DNA of 64,000 nt. Origin: Rhodosorus marinus CCMP1338 (Eukaryota; Plantae; Rhodophyta). The notes beneath the pieces are model-generated. The model was not told where the DNA came from. It made no database searches and worked only from the letters and a program-made list of their open reading frames with translations. The stretch covers positions 248,001 through 312,000 of the forward strand of contig JAMWBK010000012.1 in the NCBI GenBank assembly GCA_029953675.1, written 5' to 3'. Position numbers and translations under genes: made by a program. Below are positions 35,721-45,600 of the stretch, in pieces (position 1 is the first letter of the stretch; each line of letters begins with the position of its first letter).

Positions 35721-36311
35721 ATGATGAGAGTTGTCGCGTTAGCTGTGTTTAGCCTGGCTCTGCTGGGTATGGCGAGGTCCGCAAGAGTAACATGCGCTGC
35801 TTCGCCGGCGTTCGCGAGATTTGAATATGCAGACGCTGACTTCCTTTTTACAGCGCCTTTGAAATCGACGAACGGAACGGAGTATGGAACTGTCACTTTG
35901 GCCGTGAATGTGAGGCAAAACGTGAACTGTTTTGCGGCGACATTTCGAACGCGGACAGCAGCGATCGGTCTCCTGAGGCTCAGGGTAGGAATTTTCGGGG
36001 CATTGGAGGACGCTCCTACTGGCAAAGACAGGTTCACGAGGAGAAAGCGAGTTGCCAAGGTCGGAGAAGCGGTGACAGTTACTAAGGCCGGCTTGAACAT
36101 CTGTCCATCAAGTATCATAGTGGACGATCCTTTTCTTTGCTGTCAACGGCCCAATTTGGACTTATACGCAACTGCCCTGATCAGCACGGGTTCCAAGGTT
36201 CTGCGAGTGTATATGAGAAGCGCAGACGCAGATCCGTCATGCAGAACGCCGAACCCGGGAAAGCCGTTCCGACAGGTCTGCACTCTACCTGTTACCTGCT
36301 TGCAGAACTGA
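35721..36311 (+). CDS. Secreted single-domain protein (196 aa), paralogue of the exon-1 domain of the 25108-28402 gene
   Basis: Signal peptide MMRVVALAVFSLALLGMARSA; shared TC..F..F, G..TL, CF, LR.GI, RFT.R, VTKA...CP, CC, CR...PGK.F...CT...C pattern. Confidence 0.82.
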   Translation: MMRVVALAVFSLALLGMARSARVTCAASPAFARFEYADADFLFTAPLKSTNGTEYGTVTLAVNVRQNVNCFAATFRTRTAAIGLLRLRVGIFGALEDAPTGKDRFTRRKRVAKVGEAVTVTKAGLNICPSSIIVDDPFLCCQRPNLDLYATALISTGSKVLRVYMRSADADPSCRTPNPGKPFRQVCTLPVTCLQN

Positions 36312-36659
36312 GCTAGTGCTTCTAATTACATAGTTCATTTCGTCGATACGGCATTCAGTTTACTCCGCAAGCCGAATGCACTTTGAGAGGTTCTTTTTCA
36401 GAAATAGTAAAAGATTTTCTCGTTCATTCAAGTTTTGTTTACCTCGAAAGTTCAACGGCTTGTCAGTGAGTTTGAGCCCAACCATCTATATATCCGTTTA
36501 TCTTCCTTTCCATCTCTCAGAGCTTCCCGTCCTGATCAATGAAAAAAATCCACGACTTGCATTGGTGTTCTTAGCTCATTAGTGAACGAAGTAAAAATGT
36601 CAAAGCTAACCTTCGCATACAAAAAGCCTTGGTTCTACACACGTGCCTGAAAGACATTC

Positions 36660-37295
36660 TGAGCGAACACTTGACAAGAGTTGGCTCGTGGTCGAGATCG
36701 ACTCGGCACTGCCTCGAATATCCTCCGCAAACACCGCTCCTCGTTGCATAGCAGATCTCCTGGTATCGGACGCAGCCCCCAGACGCTCAGCATGTGCGGT
36801 TAGTGGGACCTAAAGCGCTACGCAAGGCGTGAAAAGGAACTAAGAACTAGGTAGAGAAGCGTTCAAACCCATGTCGACGCTCAGCATATGTTGACCTCGC
36901 GATTACATGCCCAGTGGCGAGCGCCCATCTCACGGCTGCCGCCCGCCGCCGAGGGGCAGCCGCTTCGGCTCTTCGACGAGTGAAGGAACGACGGTATGCT
37001 GAGAGCATGGCCAGTCTGCCCTACGCCGAGGGTCACTCCCACCGGTTCCAGCCTTTCATTGTGGAAAGCTTTGGTCATTTGGATAAGTCGGGTTTAGAGT
37101 AGTTGCGGAAATGTTTCGCTGAGCATCCTACTGAGTACTTGGCGCCTTTACGGCGCTTCAGTGCCGCCCTGTGGCGATATTCTAGCAGCATGTTTGCCGA
37201 GGCGCGCCATCGGCGCCTGAGTTTGCACGCTTCCCTCCCTAGTTCTTAGTTTCTTTTCACGCCTTGCGTAGCGCTTCAGCCAGTCCAGTAAAGCC
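36660..37295 (+). mobile_element. Family B 3' fragment containing a nested antisense B mini-insertion (about 36794-36875)
   Basis: Nested B terminus flanked by GACGCTCAGCAT at 36782-36793 and 36876-36887. Confidence 0.8.
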
Positions 37296-37304
37296 CTATG
37301 CTAG

Positions 37305-39420
37305 TAGGCGTCGAGGATTGGGGTTTTGTTTCTTTTTCGGTCGCGAGCGTGTTCGTTTACGGGAAGCGCTTCCTCCGGTACGCCTTCCCCTCGATTTTCC
37401 GCGGGGCGTCGTTTGCATTTGCAACTACTTCTGTCTTCCGGGTGGGTGTGTTGCGGGGCCTTTCCTATTTGGGTTGGGTTTGGTCGATTATTCTCTCGGT
37501 GCGGTTTCATATTGGTGGTGCAACGTTTCCTTTGCGCATTCCCTCAGGATGGTACGGATATCTCCGCGCTCGACGGAGCCTCCTCCCAAGGAGGCACTGC
37601 CAGGTGGGGGACTCCGTGTTCGCCTCAGCTGCGGCACCTTTTCTGCCGAGGTTGACTTGGAAGGCGCTTCCGGCACCCAGGCGCGTGCACTTATCTCCGC
37701 TGTCACCAGCCTGATCACGGCTGCGAGTGATCGTGGAGTGCTCCCTCAGCTCACCCAGAAGCTAGGTGGGCTGGAATCGGGATTGCTGGCCAGGTCAAAT
37801 TCAAATTCGGACGAGAATTTGAATTGCGCCAGAGTGGCAGCGTTGGCTGAAGGCAGTCAACATCAGGTCAATCAACATGAACCTGTCCCGGGACAGGCGA
37901 GGGCTGTTGCTTCTGCGCGGGACAGTACGACGTTGGGGAGCGGCAGGCCGGGCCAAAACGCGCTTCAGCGCTCGGGGACTCGAGGCAATGGTGGTGGTGA
38001 CTGTGCGGCAACCGGTGTGGAGGAGACTGCAGCTGTGGACTTCCCTCTCTTGGACCAGCCCTCAGGTGGTCACCAGCTCCCGGCTACTGCGGGGGCACGT
38101 GGTGGCCGCAAGGGGGGCGCTTCGTACGCCTCAGTCTTGCGGCAGGGCACCACTGCCACACGTACGGCGGCTAAGCTCCGTTTCCTACCATCTCGCGAGC
38201 CTCAGGATGGACCTGTGGAGACCACTCTCCAATTTCTGTGGGTGCGAAATGTCCGGCCCCAGACTACACGAGGCCAGGTTCCGTCTATGCGAGACTTCCG
38301 GGACACTTTTGCGGAATCGTTAGGGTGCAGCTGGGGTGATTTCTTCTTCGCAAACTATGAGGGCCGCGATGTGCTGTTTTTGGTCTCCGAAACCGCCGCC
38401 AAGTACCTGGAGGCCTTGCTGGCGAAGCCTACCGAGCAGTGGCCTGAGACCGCCCGGTGGCTGCGCTGCAACCCGCAGGTGGTTTTGCACTTCGATTTTG
38501 ACCGTTTCTCGGGCAATTTCCTGTCTCCGGGAGAAACGGCAGGGCTCTCTGAGCATGAGAGCAGCGTGAAGGCGGCAGCGATCCATTGGCTACGGATTCA
38601 GCGCCTTGAGAGGATCTTGTTGGAGAGCTTCCGGTCGGGCCCTCGTCACCTGCGCATGGCGGTGTCCAGCTTCTTCGATCTGGAGAGGCGACTTGTGCTG
38701 ACTTCGCGCTACAAGACAGAGCTGCAGCGGTTGGGGATTTTGGAGGGCTCTGCTTCCAGCACCACTTCCAGCGAGAGTGGTGAGGCAGGGGAGCAGACTG
38801 AGGGCATGGCGGTGGAGGACGCCCAGGTTACTTTGCTGAAGCCCGCGGGATCCGTTCCGCGAGCCTCGCGGAGTGGGCGGCTCACGAATTTGGTGCGGAT
38901 AGGAGGTAAGAGAGCGAGGACCGACTCCCCCGGGTCTAAGGGGGAGAAGCACGATTAGCGCTCCAGGCACGGCTGCGAGGTCGCAGCCTATAGATCTACA
39001 GTCTTATGTCCTGAAGAAGGGCGGAGACTGGGGCATTTGGCGTACGCGTTTTCGGAGTTGGCTCCGGAGGTGGATTTCTTTGGAAGAAGGTTGGCTTCCC
39101 CTCCGTGGGGGCATTCCCCCAGTCGTCCTCCCTCGTGGAGACCTTCTAGTAGCTGAAACCATTCTCGATTTCATCTTCACGAGCCTGGCTCGTAACATTC
39201 GGGACACAGTCATTTGGGTTTTTCTGGGGGTCATGCCGCGCCTGATTCTGGCCCCCATTCACACATCGGAGCGCAGATGGCGAGTACGAGACCGACTGGC
39301 CCTGTTCTTGAAGGGAGACTTCGAAGTACTACAGCGCAGCTATTTGGCGTCGGCAGCACCATCCGCCCGTCGGACTCGGCATGGCACAGTGTCGCCCGTG
39401 CCGGCTCGAGTACAGAAATT
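37305..39420 (+). mobile_element. 5' half of a family B element: 5' UTR, ORF1 and start of ORF2
   Basis: 39255-39418 matches the 5' ends of the B copies at 58710-58881 and 45300-45454 (RWRVRDRLALFLK.DFEVLQRSYL). Confidence 0.85.
37549..38958 (+). CDS. Family B ORF1 (~469 aa), no recognisable CCHC knuckle, possible RRM-like segment
   Basis: Open frame from ATG (MVRISPRSTE) to TAG, upstream of the RT/RLE frame; basic C-terminal NLS-like IGGKRARTDSP. Confidence 0.65.
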   Translation: MVRISPRSTEPPPKEALPGGGLRVRLSCGTFSAEVDLEGASGTQARALISAVTSLITAASDRGVLPQLTQKLGGLESGLLARSNSNSDENLNCARVAALAEGSQHQVNQHEPVPGQARAVASARDSTTLGSGRPGQNALQRSGTRGNGGGDCAATGVEETAAVDFPLLDQPSGGHQLPATAGARGGRKGGASYASVLRQGTTATRTAAKLRFLPSREPQDGPVETTLQFLWVRNVRPQTTRGQVPSMRDFRDTFAESLGCSWGDFFFANYEGRDVLFLVSETAAKYLEALLAKPTEQWPETARWLRCNPQVVLHFDFDRFSGNFLSPGETAGLSEHESSVKAAAIHWLRIQRLERILLESFRSGPRHLRMAVSSFFDLERRLVLTSRYKTELQRLGILEGSASSTTSSESGEAGEQTEGMAVEDAQVTLLKPAGSVPRASRSGRLTNLVRIGGKRARTDSPGSKGEKHD

Positions 39421-41961
39421 GCACACGCACTGCAATCTTTGCTCGCTCTGAATACCGAAACACTAAAGCGGCGGTGGGATTCAAGAAAAGCGGCCGACGA
39501 GGGCCTCATGTCGATCGTGGCACGTCTTCCTCAGGGCAAGAGCCCAGGTCCTAGCGGTCTCCGAGCGGAACACCTCCAAGGTGCAACTCAACAGACGCAA
39601 GTGGCGTTGATTCGTGTATTGCGACAACTGGCGACCGCTCCTGAGAAATTTTCCCCGGCTCTGACCCGCGCCCTTCGCAGTAGTCGACTCCTGCCGTTCA
39701 CGAAGCCTAACAAGGGTTCAGTGCCGCAGGAGCATCCCGGAGTTCGCCCTATCGGAGTACCAGAAGTTTTGCGCAAGGTAGCAACGCAATGGACTCTTCA
39801 CGCGGTTATGGACAGGGTGCGTGAGCTGCTGGTGCCCTTACAACTGGGTATCGGAGTAAGTGGCGGGTGCGAACGCTCACTTCACGCGATCCAGGCCCAT
39901 TTGTCATGCGAACCCGATTCGGTGGTCCTTCGCCTAGACCTTGAGAATGCCTTTAATCGCATCGACGGACGCCTTGCCAAGCAACTGGTGGACGAACACT
40001 TGCCGGAGCTTGCACCAGCGTATAGACTTGGCTATGGAAGCGACAACGCGGACTCACCGACGCTCTGTGGCTGGCGATCTTCCCCTGGACAGAACGAAAC
40101 CGACACCTCTCGCCTGACTCTCCAAGCAACTACAGGAGTCCAACAGGGAGATCCACTGGGGCCGGTGCTACATGCACTATCCCTGGCGCCCTTTCTAAGA
40201 GCGTTGCGTGCTAAGTTCCCCAACGAAACGATTGTTGCTATCCACGACGATATCACGATTGTCGGGTCGCTACAAGCCGTGAAGGCGTCCCTGGCATGGG
40301 CAAAAACTGTGCTCCCCTCTCTTGGAGCACGCCTGCAACTCGGCAAGTGCACTGTGTACGGGCGAACACTGACTACCACGCGAGTGGTCAACCATGAGAT
40401 TCCTGGAGTGCAAGTGACCAGAGACGGAGTCACCATCCACTCGATACCGATAGGCAGCCGAGAATATATCGAACAGGAGTGCCGGGGGTTGCACAATAAG
40501 CATGAGAAACTCTTTGAGGAAATTGCCAAGCTCCCACAACCGGAGCTTACGACGCAAATTGCCCTCTTCAGGTTCTGTGCAGAAACGCGACTAGACTATG
40601 TGCTACGATGCCTCGCATACGAGTTTGGAAGAAATCTGGCACGCGAGGCGGACGTGATGACCAGATATCACCTTGAAATTCTATTCGGAGGCCTCGCTAC
40701 GACAGCTGTAGAGGACGATGAGTACGCAGAGCTGATCTCGGACCAAATCGCTCTGCCCTGCCGCTGGGGAGGTTTGGGTTTCGCTACTCGAAAGCGCGTC
40801 CAACCCATCGCGTTTTACTCGTCATGAAGAAACACCTTCCGGAACAATGAAGATGAATGGCCATACCTGACTGAACTAGAGCGGGAGGTTACGGCAGAAC
40901 GCTCACCAGACACATACGAGCCGATGGATCAACGATGGTCGACTGCACAGCTGGCGGACCAGATCTGTGCATCGTCGCGAGCAATACAACGGAGGCTCGG
41001 ACCAGAAACCCCGCCGCGGATCTTGGCACTGACTACCCTGCAACAACCGCGAGAAACATCTCTTCGAAGCGCCCCGGGCGAGACTGCAGCTTGGAATAAT
41101 GGTTCAATAGAACAAACCCTCTCTCGAGAGGCACACCATTGTGCATTCCAAAAGCTGGTCACCAACCCACGAATCTCCCCTGAAAACCGAGCTCGAATAC
41201 GGTCTGCCGCGGGATCCGGGTCGGGAGTCTGGCTACGTGAAATACCAACGCTGACACCGAAAAAATTGAGTGCGGTTGAGATTCAGGTAAACGTTCGACA
41301 ACTGCTGGGTCTGCCAATTCCGGGATTGCGCACCACCGAGAAGTGCACTAGTTGCCGGAGTAAACACGGAAGGACTGGGGTACAACGGTTTCATCACTGC
41401 CCAACATCAACTGGACTGTGGCAACGTAGGCATGACGAAATCTGCAGAGAGCTGGCACGGTGGCTAAGGCGATGGAACTTCATGGACGTAGAGCAAGAAC
41501 CTGAGGGGTACTTCGAGAACTACGGACTGCGACCTGATATCGTTGCTAGGCATCCGAGGACCAAACAAAGGTATGCGCTGGATGTAACGGTGGTGTCACC
41601 ATTACAGGGAAAATATTTGCGGCGGAGCCAAGATGATAGCGGATACGCGGCGAGAGCTGCGGAGAAGTGGAAAATCGCTCACTACAAAGAAGCGATGGTG
41701 ATGGAGAAACCGGATGATAAGTTCATCCCGATAGCGATAGAGACGTTTGGGCGTACGGGGCAAATGGCACAAGAGTTCCTCCGCGACAGCTGCAAACACC
41801 TACTGCACAGGAGTGAGGAGCTGAGAGACGTGAGATCCCAGATAAACCGGCAACTATGGCGAGGTAACGCAGAGATAGCATTAGGCGCTTTGCGCGTGGA
41901 CCAGCTGGAGAATCCGCTGGTGCCTGTTTTTTCTTTTGAACGTAGCATGAGACCCCGGTAG
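39421..41961 (+). mobile_element. 5'-truncated family C element: RT, zinc knuckle and RLE in one frame with a single TGA (40825-40827, W position)
   Basis: KSPGPSGLR, RPIGVPE, QLGIGVSGGCE, LDLENAFN, GVQQGDPLGP, AIHDD, CTSC..HHC, RH, LRPDIV..LDVTV..K..Y..PIAIETFG. Confidence 0.92.
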
Positions 41962-42152
41962 CGGGGTTCCAGTAAGTTTCTCCCTATATAGGATTAGACG
42001 TAGTGTTGCGCTGCAGTAGGCAGCTGCCCAGTAAAGCTTACGGTTACCCCTTGCTCTTGCGTAGCCAGACCTCTCCCTGGCTTACTTCGTTGCAACCAGG
42101 CCCTGATGGTTTCGTTCGGTCCGGCTGCAAACCGTGCGCCAACATATATGCA

Positions 42153-42357
42153 AGCAAATGTACGGAGTTAATAGTTACCTATATCGTTTATTAGATTCAA
42201 TACTACCCTTGTTTTAGCCTCTGAGGGCTACCAGAGCAGGACTACCAGTCATCCATCACTCCAACTGGCTTTCACCGTCTTCGACCCAAAACCTAAAAGG
42301 CGAGCAAATATACTGAGTTAATAGCTATCTATATCGTTTATTAGATTCAATACTACC
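42153..42357. repeat. 55-bp direct repeat (period 150) downstream of family C
   Basis: agcaaat.tac.gagttaatag.ta.ctatatcgtttattagattcaatactacc at 42153-42207 and 42303-42357. Confidence 0.8.
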
Positions 42358-42639
42358 ATTGGTTTTATGAAAACAATGATTCTTCACCGACTTCGTAAAT
42401 TGAGGTGATGTAAATTGACTGAGATATGGATTGATTACTTTCGTTTTTTTTTGAAGCGCGATATTCATTTTATCGCTGGTTATATATCGTTTATCAGATT
42501 CGATAACCACGTTTTGTTTTTCTATAAAACTTTTTCTTGACGGGGATTCGTCTGTTGCGGTGATATAAACTTGCTGATGACGTCCTGACTGATTACTAAT
42601 AAAGCCAGTATCATGCTTACTGACAGGAGTTGACATTAC

Positions 42640-45600
42640 TGGATTTATTGGCATGGCCTGAAGCGCTACGTCAAGGCGTGAAAAGGAACTAAGAACTAGG
42701 TAGGGAAGCGTGCAAACCCAGGCGCCAATGGCGCGCCTCGGCAAGCATGCTACTCGAATATCGCCACAGAGAGACAATTGAACGCCGCAAAAAGTTCCAA
42801 GTATTCAACAGGATTCCGAGTAAAACATTTCCGCAACCACTCCAAACCCGACTTCTCCACGTTACCAAAGCTTTCCAAAATGAAAGGGGCTGGAACCAGT
42901 GGGGGCGACCCTCAGCGCGAGGCAGACTGGCCATACTCTCAGCATACTGTCGTTCCTTCACTCGGCGAAGGGCTGCTCCTCGGCGGCGGGCGGCAGCCGT
43001 GAGATGGACGCTTGCCACAGGGCATGCAATCGCGAGGTCAACATATGCTGAGCGTCTGGCGGCAGCATCGGAGAGCGGGGCGGCGCCATGTCCGAGACCG
43101 ATCTGGGCAGTTCCGATTCCACCTCAACCGCATGCCCTACCCGAGTCAAACATGTACTGAGAATGTACTTGAAGCGAGTGTGACGCCTCGTACGAAGACC
43201 TCTCAACAGTCCGCATGAACCTAAGAAGTGGTAACCACAAGCATTGATCCGACTCTCACATCCCTGACAGAAAGACGGCCGATTAGAGTGCCACGGAGCT
43301 TGTGGCAAATCCACATCGATCAGTGCAGCAGAGCGGAATTGAAAGGCATCGAGACGGTGACCCAGTGACGAAGGCAGCGTGGTTAACCACAAGTGCGACA
43401 GGTTGCCTCCCATGCCACAGAGGCGAGCGGCGGTGGTAGGCGGTGTGAGGGGAGAGTTGAGCAAGATTCCCTGAGCGGCACTGTGTTGGCCCCAGGTGAG
43501 GCTATGTTGAATCACATCAGTGCGCGAGCTCCAGAATCGGCTCAGACCCGGGTAATCTGGAACGGGTGACCCCGGGCTGGCTTCCCCCTCGTCTGCGAGG
43601 ACTCTGTAGATGGGAGTGTCCTCGATCGCCTCAGTACGTCCCCATAACAGATCTCTCCAGGAGCGGAACTTGGATCGATTCTCGTCCGGCACGGCGTTGT
43701 ACTTACTGAACGCCTGTTGCAGAGCATCATAGATACTCAAAAGCGGTGGCGGAAGGGTCGCGGGGTTTTCGCTAGTCAGTGCGCTAACCAAAAGGCAGGC
43801 ACTTCGCTTCCGAAAACTCACCAAGCTGCGAAGCGCGGTAGCCCAGGAGGCGACGCCGCAGCCGAGCATACGAGTCGACGGTCGGCCACTCCAAATCCAC
43901 CTAATCGCAACGGTAGGGAAATCTGGGCACGAAATAGGTCCCTGTCAGGAGCCGCTGCAACATCCAGGGGTTCATCCAAAAGCGTTACCCAGTGCTTCAG
44001 CATCGCCGCGTCCGCCTTGGCTGCCATCCACAAGCCCCAATGTGGTGGAAGGCTTCGCAGCCAGTAATTCAGCCGGGGCCCGGCACAAAAGCCGGAAAGC
44101 AGGCATGCAGATTGTAGCATGCTGTGCGGTATGCGCTCAATGGCGTCAGTGAGCTGCATATGGCGCGCTAAAACTCGTTCGCAGGAGTCTTGCACGAAGT
44201 TGTCACTCCCCAAACCGACGCCATGGTGCTCGAGCCCGTCACGTTCACCAAAGACTCGGAGACTAGAGGGCAGGGAGCCCGTCGAAACTTCACGCGGGGC
44301 GACAAAACGGTATTTTTCGGGTTGCACTATCAGATCTACTCCACGTGCTATTGCTAAGATCTGGGTCAATCCCCTAGCCAAGATCTCATTGGTGGCCAGC
44401 AACGTCACGTCGTCGTGGTAGGCGCAGATTCGAAGATCCGGCGCCTCAGCCGCCAGTCGCAAGAGCACGAGCTGCAACGCACAGGCGTGAATTACAGGTC
44501 CGCAAAGATCACCCTGTTGATCACGCCAGTACGTGCTGTAAAAACAGAGCCCTTCGTTGTCAAGTAAGCGAGGCTCCCCCCTCCGCGGATAGGAACGGCC
44601 ACGCCTCAGGGAATACCCTTCGAATCACCTCCAAAGCATGCGTCCACGAGACGCTGTTGAACGCCTTACGGAAGTCAACCACCAAAACGCTCCAATCCGG
44701 CCTCCTGGCTCGCTTGAGCTCGATCGCATGAGTGATCAGTTCGCAACCCCCGGAAAATTCCACCCCTAGCTACCAAGGCGCCATAAAAACGGTGACTCGC
44801 TGGCGTAGGCGCTGGCATAGCCACCTCCCGGCGAGAATCCGTAGACTCTCGACCATGCCGATCGGCCGGAGACGCGGGTGTGCAGGCTCGTGGTCGGGTT
44901 TCGTTAGCAAGCAAAGCTGTGCCCGTCGCAGATGCTCCCAAGGGGCAGACGCACCCCTTGCACCCTGGGACAGCGTATTCAAGATCTTCACCAGGGCGCT
45001 CTGGCCCGGGTTGCTCAGAGCCTGCAGCAATTACAAACGGGAGGGTCCAGAGCAGCGTGCACGACGGGAGGTCCGGAGCAACTCCTTCAGATCAGACTCA
45101 CGGAGCGTCAGGTCGTTGCGAAACCTAGCCAACTCTGGACGGTCCAAAAGTGCCTCGAATTCGGGGAGCAAGTCCACGTCGGACGACCAGAAAAAAGCCG
45201 ACACAGTCTGGTCGAGGCTCTCGTCGTAGGGGAGGACAGGCGCCTGGCCCTCCAAGACCCGTGCCGCTCGACTCAGGTCGCCAACCGCCACCAATTTCTG
45301 CACCCGAGTCGCCATGGGCGAGGCTGGTACAGTCCGAGCCCGACGGACAGAGTGCCCCGATAACGCCAAGTAGCTTTGCTGCAACACCTCAAATTCCCCC
45401 TTCAGGAACATGGCCAGTCGTTCTCGGACGCGCCATCTGCGCTCCGATGTATGAGTCCGTAGTGCTTCTGGCGCTTTACTGGGGCGCTTTACTGGGGCGC
45501 TTTACTGGGCTTTAATCTCTGGCTTTATTAGCATAGCCTACAGCGCTACGCAAACCGTCAAAAGGAACTAAGAACTAGGTAGGGAAGCGTGCAAACCCAG

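Noticed and set aside
37264-37548. 5' extension of the 564-aa ORF
   Set aside because: Starts at a non-ATG codon inside a family B tail; more plausibly 5' UTR before ATG 37549.
39214-39420. N-terminal part of the 537-aa ORF
   Set aside because: Off-frame family B sequence fused to family C.
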